Source: Candidatus Latescibacterota bacterium (GTDB taxonomy: Bacteria > Latescibacterota > UBA2968 > SICM01). Taken from it: 64,000 nucleotides of DNA. The stretch is from assembly GCA_965217865.1 (NCBI GenBank), contig CBDCJO010000002.1:3936001-4000000 (forward strand), read 5' to 3'. Position 1 is the first letter of the stretch; the number at the start of each line of letters is the position of its first letter. This document shows, piece by piece, positions 1-10,580 of the stretch. Both the position numbers and the translations under genes were made by a program. A model generated the notes under the pieces. It was given only the letters and a program-made list of their open reading frames with translations. It was not told the DNA's origin and did no database searches.

Positions 1-1862
1 GCAGCCTCCTGCTGGGCTCGGGGGCCATCGTGCTTTCTTCCACCTTCGATGCGGTGGTGTTGACCAAGTTTGCCCACGTCCTTCTGTTTTTTACGATCGA
101 CAATACGGCATTCCAGATCCTGTATCTCTCCATCCCGGTCCAGGGCCGGGGACGTGCGAAGACTCTCATCGACGGGATCTGGCGACCCATCGCACTTGGC
201 GCCGGGGGCCTTACCCTGATTCTTGCGATCCCATTCGTTTCGATGCACCTTATCAGCATAATTGTCCTTCCTTTGATCCTTGCCTGGTCCGTCCTGGTGG
301 TGGTTAACTTCCGGGGTTATGTGGCTTCCCTCATGGCGTCCCTGAAACAGGGGCGGTTTGACCTGTCCGGAGATGCACAGATGTCCGACGAGGCTTCCGT
401 GGAAGTTCTGAACCGCCTGGCCGAAAGGGGAACGGACGATGAAGTGGTCTATATGTTCGAGTTGATCGAACATATGGGAGACGTGAATTGCACCCCGCAG
501 GCCCTGGCTGTGCTGGATCGCGATTCCTCCCGGATCAAAATTCTCGCCCTGGATTACCTTCGGAAAAAGGGACATCCGGTAGCCGAAGGGGCAGTTGTGG
601 GCTTATTGGGTCATCCGGATGCTGGGGTTCGGGCTTCCGCGACATCGGTTGTATGCCTCGGTCCGGGTTCCAAGGCCATAGAGGCTGTGAAAAACCTGCT
701 GGAGGACCCGGACACCCGGGTCCGAGCGGAGGCCGCAGCCGGTCTTTTGCGCTGTGGACAGGAAGCGGGCAAGGCAGGGACCGTGATGAAGGCACTTGTC
801 TCCTCAGAGAACCCTGAGGAGCGCATCTGCTCCGCTCACGCCATCGGGCATGCGGGTTCTGCGGAGCTTCAAGAGTCCCTGTTGCTGCTTCTTAACGATG
901 ATGTTCAAGGGGTTCAATTTGCCGCATTAGAGGCATCGAAAGGGATCCCCTGTCCCGAGGCAATTCCGACGATCGTAGAGATGCTCGCAGAAGACCGCAC
1001 CTATGAGGCGGCATCCCAGGCCCTGGTCGCCCAGGGAGATGGTGGGGTTGAAGTGCTGAGGAATGCCGCGATTCACGATCCTTCAGGGGGGGGCAACCGT
1101 GCTGCGCTTCACGTACCCGGGGTACTTGCACGCATCGGGAGTCGATCGGCCTTTTCGGCCCTCAGGGAATTGTTCCAGTCAAAAGTGGATAGCCTGCGGC
1201 ACGCTGCAATCGATGCCACCTGCCGTATTATTCGGGAGCGGCCGATGCTCCAAGCCGAGGTGGGAGACCTTCAGGAACTTCTGCTGGCCGAGGTCGGGAG
1301 GACCATTGTCCTTCAGAGTTTGCGGGATGAGATGAAGGAACTGGATGGGACCGATCTGCTGGTGGAATCTCTGGAGGAGATGCGCAAGGAGTGCCTCCAC
1401 AGGGTCTTTACGTTGCTCGGGGTCCTTTATCCGAAGACCGACATGGAGGCCATCCGGCGAGGACTTTTGGAAGGCTCCCGGGAGGTCCGAGCCAACGCCG
1501 TCGAGGTGCTGGACAACACGTTAAAGGGAGTTTTGCGCGAACGTCTGTTCGCCCCTCTCATAGAACCTCCTGAGCCTACCAGGGTATCGGCTAAAAATGC
1601 AAAGGTCCGTTTGTGGTCCCTGCTGGACTGGGATAACGACTGGCTTCGGGTCTGTGCCCTCCACGCCATCGGTCGCGGGCGACTCAAAGAGGCCCTGACC
1701 GAAGTCCGGAATTCCTTGAACAGTCCGGATGCGCTCGTCCGGGAGACCGGGCTCTGGACTCTGGGACAGATAGCCGATCAAACGATGTTTGAGACCGAAC
1801 GCCGCCAACACCTCGACGATTCAGACCCTAGGGTCAGAGGACTGGCTGCTGCGATGGGATAG
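1..1862 (+). CDS. Npt1/Npt2-like (TLC/MFS) membrane domain fused to HEAT repeats; 5'-partial
   Basis: N-terminal TM helices with RGRAKTLIDGIWRP motif, followed by HEAT-like repeats (LLGHPDAGVRASA, LLEDPDTRVRAEAA). The frame is open to the window edge. Confidence 0.75.
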   Translation, partial: SLLLGSGAIVLSSTFDAVVLTKFAHVLLFFTIDNTAFQILYLSIPVQGRGRAKTLIDGIWRPIALGAGGLTLILAIPFVSMHLISIIVLPLILAWSVLVVVNFRGYVASLMASLKQGRFDLSGDAQMSDEASVEVLNRLAERGTDDEVVYMFELIEHMGDVNCTPQALAVLDRDSSRIKILALDYLRKKGHPVAEGAVVGLLGHPDAGVRASATSVVCLGPGSKAIEAVKNLLEDPDTRVRAEAAAGLLRCGQEAGKAGTVMKALVSSENPEERICSAHAIGHAGSAELQESLLLLLNDDVQGVQFAALEASKGIPCPEAIPTIVEMLAEDRTYEAASQALVAQGDGGVEVLRNAAIHDPSGGGNRAALHVPGVLARIGSRSAFSALRELFQSKVDSLRHAAIDATCRIIRERPMLQAEVGDLQELLLAEVGRTIVLQSLRDEMKELDGTDLLVESLEEMRKECLHRVFTLLGVLYPKTDMEAIRRGLLEGSREVRANAVEVLDNTLKGVLRERLFAPLIEPPEPTRVSAKNAKVRLWSLLDWDNDWLRVCALHAIGRGRLKEALTEVRNSLNSPDALVRETGLWTLGQIADQTMFETERRQHLDDSDPRVRGLAAAMG

Positions 1863-1967
1863 GTGGTTGTATGGTCGTCTGGGAGGATATAGAATAGATC
1901 GGTTTTCCCACACTCCCGCACTTCCAAATCCCCAAAGTGTTCGGGGATTTGGGGGGCGCGTAGGGCA

Positions 1968-2411
1968 ATGCTTATGATGCCGACTGTTGAAAAGGTCCTG
2001 TTTCTGAAACGCGTTCCCCTGTTCTCAGGTGTCCCAACCCCGGAACTCGTACGCGTGGCGGGGATTGCAGAGGAGGTGAATTTCGAACCGGATGTTCAGA
2101 TCATCGAGGAGGGGGAGTCCGGAAGCTCAATGTTCCTGATCGTTGAGGGGGAGGTGCTGATTCATCGGGGGGACCAGCATCTTGCGACGCTGAACCCTCA
2201 GGAGTGTTTCGGAGAGATGAGCATTCTTGATCACGAACCCCGCTCCGCCTCGGCCACAGCCCTGACGGACTGCCTGCTGCTCAAGGTGGAACAGGACCAC
2301 TTTCACGACATTCTCGCACAAAACCTTGACGTTTCCCTTGCGATCATCCGGACGCTTACACGCCGGCTCAGATCGGAATCCGGGGAGGGGGAAGGGGTAG
2401 GGGGAGATTGA
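1968..2411 (+). CDS. Cyclic-nucleotide-binding domain protein
   Basis: IIEEGESGSSMFLIVEGEV...FGEMSILDHEPRSASA cNMP signature; the usual partner of Npt1-HEAT proteins. Confidence 0.9.
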   Translation: MLMMPTVEKVLFLKRVPLFSGVPTPELVRVAGIAEEVNFEPDVQIIEEGESGSSMFLIVEGEVLIHRGDQHLATLNPQECFGEMSILDHEPRSASATALTDCLLLKVEQDHFHDILAQNLDVSLAIIRTLTRRLRSESGEGEGVGGD

Positions 2412-2472
2412 AAATTGAATATTTTGTATATTTTGTATTGAAGATTAATGACAAAAAACCACCTCAATTTTT

Positions 2473-2535
2473 GATTGAAGATTGAAGATTGAAGATTGAA
2501 GATTGAAGATTGAAGATTGAAGATTGAAGATTGAA
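2473..2535 (+). repeat. Perfect heptamer tandem array (GATTGAA)x9
   Basis: Nine exact copies read directly from sequence; intergenic. Confidence 0.97.
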
Positions 2536-2589
2536 GACGAAAACCTCAATTCATTCAACGATTATCAATGCGCCTTGGCTGGAGGTTCC

Positions 2590-3706
2590 ATGGCTGACCT
2601 GAGGATAGCAAACACAAAGCCCGGTTTGGGTTTCCTGGGCTTATTGATTTCGGCCGTCCTGTGTATTCCCTGCAGTGTCCCGGCTCAGGACTGGGGGAGT
2701 TCCTCCGGGACATCCAAGAAGCCTACGATCAAGATCGCCGTCTTCATACAACCTGGGGATGAATTCCACCTATCGATCTCTCCGAAAGACCAGACTCCTC
2801 CTGAACACGCTGGCAATTTATATCCAATACACCGTCGGTTACCTGGAGGAGTCGAGCGGGGAAGGATTCAGGTTGGCGCGGGACCCCTCGATGATGGAGG
2901 GCCGCTACTTCATGCGAAAGGTCGCCGGTGGGGTCCGAAAAATTGAGTTCGCGGTAACGAAGCGGCCCGGGGTGGGATTCCGGATTTATGTTTATGCATC
3001 GGAGAAGGTGGAGGGCGCCTATTCGCCCAACCCGGACCTCTCCTCTGTGAGGACGAAACTCAGGGGCCTGTTAAGGGCCGTGCCGAAACAAAGCGGGCGG
3101 GTTGACCTGAAGTCGGTGCGGTATGAGACGGTCCGGCTGAGTTACGTCCACTCCGATCGGGTGATTGCCCTCCTCAAAGCGCTCGGATACAGCACCGTGG
3201 AGTATTCGCAGAAGGCTGGGGAGACGATTTACGATAAGGTCTATACCCCGGTCCCCTCCTCCAATAAAAAACTGCCGGTTGTCATCAAGTTGATCGATAC
3301 CCCAAAGACGAGCCTGATGGACGCCCCGCCCAAAGGCGCGTCGCCGGCAAAAACCCGCGCATCGGGTAAGGCGTCGGTGGCGGCTCTGGGCGGATCGTTC
3401 CTGCACCAGTTGACGGGGGGAGACCCGCTGCAGCGTCTGCTGATCGCTTACGACGAGGATGACCCCCAATCGCTGGACGCCCTGATCCGCCTGATCCGGG
3501 AGAAGATCGACCTCCCCTCACAGCAGATCGTGATAGAGGTTCTGGTGGTCGAGGTGAACACCGACCGGCTCCGGGACATCGGGATCGATATAGATCGGAT
3601 GCAGAAGAATTTCGAGTTCACTTTCGAGGATGTGACGGGCGGGGACCGGCCCTTCACGGGGGAGAAATATCCGTTGCGTCCGATCAAGCGGCAGGAACGA
3701 CGGTAA
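2590..3706 (+). pseudogene. Secretin (GspD/PilQ-like) N-terminal fragment, frameshifted and truncated
   Basis: GGAGG-ATG at 2590 with a signal peptide in one frame and the body in ORF 2675-3706. The ORF ends shortly after QIVIEVLVVEV...DIGID, the start of the secretin domain. Confidence 0.55.
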
Positions 3707-3841
3707 CCGTTAAGTTTCCACAGGTGGATGAAATTGAGAATTGAGGATTAGAATTGGGGATTCAGGATTCAGGAGAAGATCAAAGGAAACAGATGAACAG
3801 ACCGCGATCTTTTTCCCTTCCCTGAAAACTTCACGAAATAT

Positions 3842-5938
3842 TTGGGATTAACCGTCAATCTTAAATCATCATTATTCAATTCCATGAATTGGTATCAAAC
3901 ACAGGCTTTCAGGTATATGTTTTTCGGGGCGCTTTTCGGTTGCTGTTTTCCGATCTGCGCTACACTTATCGACGTCATCCTGATTAGAAAGCTTGAACTG
4001 ATCCCGGCTAATATTTCGTTTGTACAAGGGAGCCAGATGCTTCACTGGATTATCGATACCGCTCCGATTATTCTGGGGATATTCGCTTGGATAGCCGGAA
4101 AGCGTCAGGATGACATTTTCAGGTTGAATTCGGAACTCAAGCGAGAATTCGAAAAGCATTCGTCCGAGTTGAGTGGGGCAAACCGGAAACTGGAAGAAGA
4201 GCGAGATCGGGTACAACTCCACGCAAAGTTTCCCGACGAAAATCCCAACCCGGTTTTGAGGATTGACAGCAAATACGAGATTCTGTACGCCAATCGGCCT
4301 GGTCATGCGCTTTTGGAGAATTTGCAGAGCGATAAGGGTTTGCCCGGAAGCTGGGACCAGGTGGTTGCTGAGGCCATAGAAACCGGAAAAAGCCGGGAAA
4401 TCGAGGTTTCCTGTATGGGGCGAACGGTTTCGCTGATTTTTACACCCGGACAGGATATGGGCTATGTGAATGTGTATGGAAGGGATATCACAGCTCGGAA
4501 AAAAGTGGAACAGGAACTGCAACACGCCAAGGAGGTAGCCGAAGCGGCTAACCTCGCAAAGAGCGAATTTCTGGCGAACATGAGCCACGAGATCCGGACG
4601 CCGATGAACGCCATTCTGGGCTACACACAGATTCTGGAAAGCGACCCTGAACTGTCAGAAGACCAACGCAGGGTGGTCGAGACCGTCGGACAGAGCGGAA
4701 GGCACCTGCTGGAATTGATCAACAACATCCTGGACATTTCGAAGATCGAGGCCGGCCGCGAAGAGTTCCATAGGACGGTTTTCAGCCTGCACGGAATGAT
4801 GCAGGAACTGGGGGCCATGTTCGAGGAACGCTGCCGGCAGAAAGACATGGGCTGGCAGTTGGAAGAGGACACCCCGGACCACGGGGTATACGGAGATGAG
4901 CACAAGCTCCGGCAGGTGCTGATTAATTTGCTGGGAAATGCCGTAAAATTCACGGAACAGGGTGGCTTGGTCCTAAAGGTAAAAACGTGCGGGGAGGATC
5001 GGTACTCTTTCGAAGTGTCAGACACCGGACCCGGCATTAGGGGAGATCGGCAAGCGGAGATTTTCGAGCCTTTTCAACAGGATACTGAGGGTTTGCGGAA
5101 GGGTGGAACAGGGCTGGGACTTGCGATTGCGCGCCGGCATGTGAAGATCATGGGCGGGGAATTGGGTCTGGATTCTGCTCCTGAAGAGGGTGCAAGATTC
5201 TTCTTTACATTGTTGTTGCCCGCTGCGAAGCAGCGGCCGAAGCAGGCTTACGTGGGGACGGATCGGGACTGGTCTCTGGTTGATCGTTTGTCCGAGGGAC
5301 AGGTTGTTCGTGCCCTTATTGTGGATGATGTTGCATCGAACCGAGATATCCTGGAGCGGATCCTGAGCATGATCGGTGTGGAGACCGACACTGCCGAAAG
5401 CGGAGAACAGGGATTGGTGAAGGTGCGCGCAAAGCGTCCGAATATCGTGTTTATGGATATCCGGATGCCGGGCGGGATGAACGGGGTGGAGACGATGGAA
5501 AGGCTTCACGAAGAACACGGGAGGCATGCGATGAAGATCGTTGCCGTGACCGCGTCGGTGTTTGAAGATCAGCGTCAACGGTTTATGACCGCGGGTTTCG
5601 ACGGTTTTATCGACAAGCCCCTTCGCGTAGAGCAGGTCTACAAATGTATTGGAGAACAACTGGGTGTCGAGTTCGACTTCGAAGAGGCTGAACCCATCGG
5701 CTCGACTGCGGACGCCGTGGATTGGCAGGAGGTCTCCCTTCCTTCGGATCTGTATGACCGGCTGCTTTCCGCAGCCGACGCCCACAGCATCACGGATTTG
5801 CGAAGGCATATCGACGCTGTCGAGGCATTGGGTGGAGGGGGGAAGGGATTGGCCGCGCACCTTCGTGAGTTAAGCCGGCAGTTCGACATGGACGCGATCA
5901 AGAATGTCCTGGATAACATCAACGCAAAACAATCTTGA
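3842..5938 (+). CDS. Membrane hybrid sensor histidine kinase (TM-PAS-HisKA-HATPase-REC)
   Basis: [15 protein letters not shown]-box, [20 protein letters not shown], and REC (IVDD...FMDIRMP...DKP). Confidence 0.95.
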   Translation: MGLTVNLKSSLFNSMNWYQTQAFRYMFFGALFGCCFPICATLIDVILIRKLELIPANISFVQGSQMLHWIIDTAPIILGIFAWIAGKRQDDIFRLNSELKREFEKHSSELSGANRKLEEERDRVQLHAKFPDENPNPVLRIDSKYEILYANRPGHALLENLQSDKGLPGSWDQVVAEAIETGKSREIEVSCMGRTVSLIFTPGQDMGYVNVYGRDITARKKVEQELQHAKEVAEAANLAKSEFLANMSHEIRTPMNAILGYTQILESDPELSEDQRRVVETVGQSGRHLLELINNILDISKIEAGREEFHRTVFSLHGMMQELGAMFEERCRQKDMGWQLEEDTPDHGVYGDEHKLRQVLINLLGNAVKFTEQGGLVLKVKTCGEDRYSFEVSDTGPGIRGDRQAEIFEPFQQDTEGLRKGGTGLGLAIARRHVKIMGGELGLDSAPEEGARFFFTLLLPAAKQRPKQAYVGTDRDWSLVDRLSEGQVVRALIVDDVASNRDILERILSMIGVETDTAESGEQGLVKVRAKRPNIVFMDIRMPGGMNGVETMERLHEEHGRHAMKIVAVTASVFEDQRQRFMTAGFDGFIDKPLRVEQVYKCIGEQLGVEFDFEEAEPIGSTADAVDWQEVSLPSDLYDRLLSAADAHSITDLRRHIDAVEALGGGGKGLAAHLRELSRQFDMDAIKNVLDNINAKQS

Positions 5939-6195
5939 GGAATGGAAGTTGAAATTTCAAATGCTTATAATTAAAGACAATTCTCTGATTCCAAAGGCCG
6001 GGCGATCGTTTGTGTTCAGGTTAACATTGACTATTGAATATGGTTGGATCCAACCGACCGATCCGAATGGCTGACTGTTTTCCGTGAAAAGGGTTAGGCT
6101 AAGCGGGGGACCTTTACTCGAGAAAACGGTGGTTTACCTGAAACAATTAAAAGAATTCACAGGTCACGCAGAAGTATCCCGAACAGGAACGGATA

Positions 6196-9155
6196 ATGGA
6201 CAAATCCACCATCGATATTCTCTGGGTTACGGTGTGCGCCAGCCTTGTGTTCCTGATGCAGGGGGGGTTTCTATGCCTCGAAACGGGGCTGACGCGCAGC
6301 AAGAATAACATCAACGTGGCCGTAAAGAACCTGATGGACCTGGGGATCTCCGTGACCCTGTACTGGGTGGTCGGTTACGGGCTCATGTACGGAGCCTCGA
6401 ATGGAGGTTGGGTCGGGTCCACAGATTTTATTCCGGACCTGAGTCGGGGAGGTGCGTGGTTGGCCGTCTTCCTCCTTTTCGGGGCCATGTTCTGTGGCAC
6501 AGCAGTGACGATCGTTTCCGGCGCCGTAGCGGAACGGTTGAGGTTTGCCGGGTATATCGTTGTGGCCGTGGTCGGTTCGAGTCTTATCTATCCGGTCTTC
6601 GGCCACTGGGCCTGGAACGGCATAGACACAGGCTCGGCAACCGGCTGGCTCGGCATCAGTGGTTTTATCGATTTTGCCGGCTCGACGGTGGTTCATAGTG
6701 TGGGGGGATGGATCTCCCTAGCCATCCTGCTGATCATCGGCCCCCGTACGGGCCGTTTCCCTATAGACGGGGCTCCAAGGAAGATTCCGGGAGCCAACCT
6801 GCCAACTGCAACGCTTGGAGTTCTCCTGTTGTGGCTGGGTTGGTTCGGTTTCAACGGTGGCAGCACCCTTGCTATGAACGATCAGGTACCCCCTATCATC
6901 GCCAACACGGTGTTTGCCGGGGCCGGGGGTCTTGTGATGGCTGTGACTGTAGGTTGGCTGACGCGGTGGGCGCAGTTCCCGTTCATCTGGGGGCAGGCAT
7001 ATGGGGTACGCTGGCGGTCGCCCTATTCGGGGAGCCCGATCCTTTGGGGACCGGGCTCGGTTTTTGGGACCAGCTTCAGGCGCAAATTCTGTGCATCGTT
7101 GCGTGTGGTTTCTGGACATTCGGGATCACGTACGCGGTATTTCACGTGATCAACCGCTTCTTTCCGCTCCGTGTCACGCCAGAGGAGGAACACATCGGCC
7201 TGAATGTTTCAGAACATGGGGCGACCACCGAGCTCCTGGATCTATTCCAGGTCATGGACCGCCAATCGAAGACGGGAGCATTGGACCTCCGGGTGCCGGT
7301 CGAGCCGTTTACAGAAGTCGGACAGATCGCTCAGCGGTATAATCTCGTCATGTAGGCGCTGGAAAAGGCCACTGCCCGAACGGAAGCCATCGTAAGAACG
7401 GCCATGGACGGTATTGTTACCTTTGCCAAGGGAACGCTGTCCGTGATTACTTTAAATCCCGCAGCCGAGGTGATCTTCGGTATTCGGGAAGCCCATATGC
7501 TACGCCAGCCCGTAACGAACCTCATCGGAGGGACACGGGGAGGATCAGAAGAACCGGAAACCGGGCAGCTTGAAACCAGCATCTCGAAGATGGCGTCCCA
7601 TGACACCTACCAAGTGATGACAGGAAAGCGTGCGGACGGATCGACGTTTCCCATGGAAATGATGGTGACCGAGGCAAAGGCAGGCAACGACCGGTTTTAT
7701 GTGGGGACATTTCGAGACATCACTGAGCGCAGTCAGACTGAAGGTGAGTTGGTGCAGGCCAAAGAGGACGCGGAAGCCGCTAACCGGACGAAGAGCCTTT
7801 TCCTGGCCAACATGAGCCATGAGATCCGTACGCCGATGAATGCGATTCTCGGCTATGCCCAGATCATGGACGGCGCGGCGGATCTGTCCGAACGACATCG
7901 CGTGGCGGTGAAGACTGTTCGGGAAAGCGGGGAGCATCTCCTGGGGCTGATCAACCAAATTCTCGACATATCAAAGATCGAAGCCGGGCGGGAGCAGCTG
8001 ACTCTTTCCGACATCGATCTCAGGGATCTTCTGGAAGGGCTGGGCAGGATGTTCGAAATGCGCTGCCGCGAGAAAAACCTGGGATGGAGAATGGAAATGG
8101 ATGTCCCCAGGAAGCAGGTCTACGGAGATGAAGGGAAGCTTCGGCAGGTGTTGATCAACCTGCTTGGCAACGCGGTAAAGTTTACACAGGACGGCGAGGT
8201 GCACCTTCGGGCAAAATCGCAGGGAGACGAGGTGACGTTCGAGGTCTCCGACACGGGTCCCGGGATTTCCCCGGATCAGCGTGCTGCGATTTTCGAGCCG
8301 TTTCAACAGGGAGAACTGGACCCACACCATGCGGGCACGGGATTGGGTCTGGCCATCTCGCATCGCTATGTGGAGATGATGGGAGGACGGCTGGCGTTCG
8401 ATTCCTCAACGGAGGGGGGTGCCAGGTTTTTCTTTACGCTGGCGCTTCGACAAGGGAGGGAGTCACCAAGACGAGGGACTTCGATCGACTGGGCCCGGGT
8501 CAAAGGCCTGGCCGAGGGACATTCCGTCCGGGCCCTGGTGGTAGACGATGTGGCGACGAATCGAGACATTCTCACGGAGTTGTTGGCTAAGATAGGAGTA
8601 TCCGTTCGGACGGCGGACGGCGGGACTCAGGCGCTGGAACTCATTCGCAGCGAGATGCCCGACATGGTCTTTCTGGATATTCGAATGCCGGGGATGGACG
8701 GCCCGGAAGTACTCCGGCGCATTCTGGACGAATATGGCCCGGATGCGACCAAGGTGGTTGTCGTAACGGCTTCGGTTTTCGCACATCAGCGTAAGGAATT
8801 AATGGAGACGGGCTTCAACGGTTTTATCGACAAGCCGGTGCGGGCAGAGCAGATCTACGAGGCCATGGCGAAACATCTGGGGGTCCAGTACGAAGTCGCA
8901 GAAATCGTGGAAAAGTCCGCAGACCCGGCAAAGTCCGACTGGTCGACTGTCCCATTGCCCCCGGAACTGCATCGGGAGATGGTAACGGCGGTGGAATCGC
9001 ACAACATCACACAACTTCGTAAGCAAATGGATACACTTGCGGGCATGGGCGATGAGGAGGGCATGCTGGCAGGGCATTTGCGCGACCTGGCGAAGGAATA
9101 TGACTTGGAGGGGATCAGGGTGGTTCTGGATGAAATCAAGACGACCCAGAAATAA
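6196..9155 (+). pseudogene. amt: Ammonium transporter-PAS-HisKA-HATPase-REC fusion, disrupted by an internal deletion/frameshift (~6960) and an in-frame TAG (7353-7355)
   Basis: Amt motifs FLMQGGF, SGAVAER, DFAGSTVVH, WFGFNGGS in frame 1; AVGAVPVH...EEEHIGLNVSEH in frame 2. Frame 2 continues past the TAG in frame ([16 protein letters not shown]) into the kinase ORF 7404-9155. Confidence 0.85.
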
Positions 9156-9411
9156 CTCCACCCCAAACCGGAATCGGGAAATCGGGGAGTGGAGAAGGGA
9201 GGGAGGAAAGAAAAAATGTTGGATGCACGGGAGAGCGAGTTACAGTACGGAAATATGGGGAGTATAGATGTTGATCGATTCAGGCTTAACGAGAATACGG
9301 TTCACTTTTTTTACGATGATTTGAAGGGCAGAACTTATACAACCGGCTGCGGTCCGGATAAAGCAGAAAAAGTAGAAGGGACAACATCACCCACATAAAG
9401 CGAGAAATATT

Positions 9412-10482
9412 ATGTATAAAACAATCATCGATCTTACCGGCGCAAGGGTTCTCATCGTCGATGACCTTCCGGCCAACTTAGACGTCCTGAGTCAGGCCCT
9501 GGAAGACACCGGTTACAATGTGCAGGTGGCTACCGACGGCCAGACCGCGATCAATGTGGCCGTACGGACCACCCCGGACCTGATCCTGCTGGACGTGATG
9601 ATGCCCGGCATCGACGGGTACGAGACCTGCCGCCGTCTCAAGGCGGACCAGATCACGCAGGAGATCCCGGTGATTTTCCTCACCGCCCAGGGAGAGCTCG
9701 AAGGCGTCCTTGATGGGTTCCAGTCGGGTGGAGTGGATTACATCTCCAAGCCCTTCCAGAAAGAGGAAGTCCTCATCCGCACCCATCTGGAACGGGCGCG
9801 CCTGGCACAGGAACTTGCGGAAAGAAACAGGGAACTGGCCGACTTGAACGCTCACCTCGAAGAAAGGGTCGAAGAGCGAACGCTGGAACTCATGCAGAAT
9901 TTACATGAATTGGAAGGTAAGGACCGGATCGCCCAGCATCTATTGACCTACCATAAACTGGACGAGACGCTGGAACTGGTTCTGGAGGTGATCTCAAGCG
10001 TCACCGGGCTGGATAAAGCCGTGATTTACCTCATGGAAGATAACCACCTTAAGCCGGCAGCAGGGATCGGGGTTTTTGAGCCTGGAAAGCTTGTTGACCG
10101 CGGAAAGTTGGAGGGGCTCGACCGTTCACGTGTTCACCAGGAGGCCTTTGAAACTGTCCGGGAGAGCAAGAAACCGGTTAATATAAAATCACCCGAGGCC
10201 GCCGTCAAGGCGCCCTATGCGCTGGTACCTATTCTCCACGGCGATGAACTGATAGGCTTGATCGAGGTGGGGAATCACCTGGATAAGGAACCGGTCCCGG
10301 ACGATTCGCTTCAGACCCTGGAGAGTTTTTCCCTGCAGGCGGCCGTGGCCATCAGCGACGCGAAGATCCAGCAGGACTCCGGCCGGTGGAAGGATCAGCT
10401 CGAAGAAGCGCTCAAGCTCGACGAGGTACTGGAGAACGTGGATCAGCTCGATGATCTGGCCGGGGAAAAGGGGACTGACTAA
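9412..10482 (+). CDS. Response regulator, REC + coiled coil + GAF
   Basis: LIVDD...LLDVMMP...YISKPF; C-terminal GAF-like ALVPILHGDELIGLI...QAAVAI. Confidence 0.88.
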   Translation: MYKTIIDLTGARVLIVDDLPANLDVLSQALEDTGYNVQVATDGQTAINVAVRTTPDLILLDVMMPGIDGYETCRRLKADQITQEIPVIFLTAQGELEGVLDGFQSGGVDYISKPFQKEEVLIRTHLERARLAQELAERNRELADLNAHLEERVEERTLELMQNLHELEGKDRIAQHLLTYHKLDETLELVLEVISSVTGLDKAVIYLMEDNHLKPAAGIGVFEPGKLVDRGKLEGLDRSRVHQEAFETVRESKKPVNIKSPEAAVKAPYALVPILHGDELIGLIEVGNHLDKEPVPDDSLQTLESFSLQAAVAISDAKIQQDSGRWKDQLEEALKLDEVLENVDQLDDLAGEKGTD

Positions 10483-10500
10483 GAAAATAAGTAACTAAAA

Positions 10501-10562
10501 AAGTATGGGGAGTGTGGGTAGTATGGGTGAGAAATAAAGTATGGAAGTATGGAAGTATGGAG
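10501..10562 (+). repeat. Octamer tandem array (AAGTATGG-like)
   Basis: AAGTATGG x3 plus degenerate units in the intergenic region; related reverse-complement units near 29097-29128. Confidence 0.7.
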
Positions 10563-10580
10563 GTGGAGATTCTGAAGGCC

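Noticed and set aside
2473-2535. CRISPR array
   Set aside because: Pure 7-mer tandem repeat without spacers; no cas genes in the window.
7353-7355. Pyrrolysine or amber recoding
   Set aside because: The same gene has an upstream deletion, the position is a non-catalytic linker, and TAG serves as a normal stop elsewhere (e.g. 1862, 31116).
9189-9398. Small ORF between kinase and regulator
   Set aside because: No recognisable motif; cannot be distinguished from a spurious ORF.
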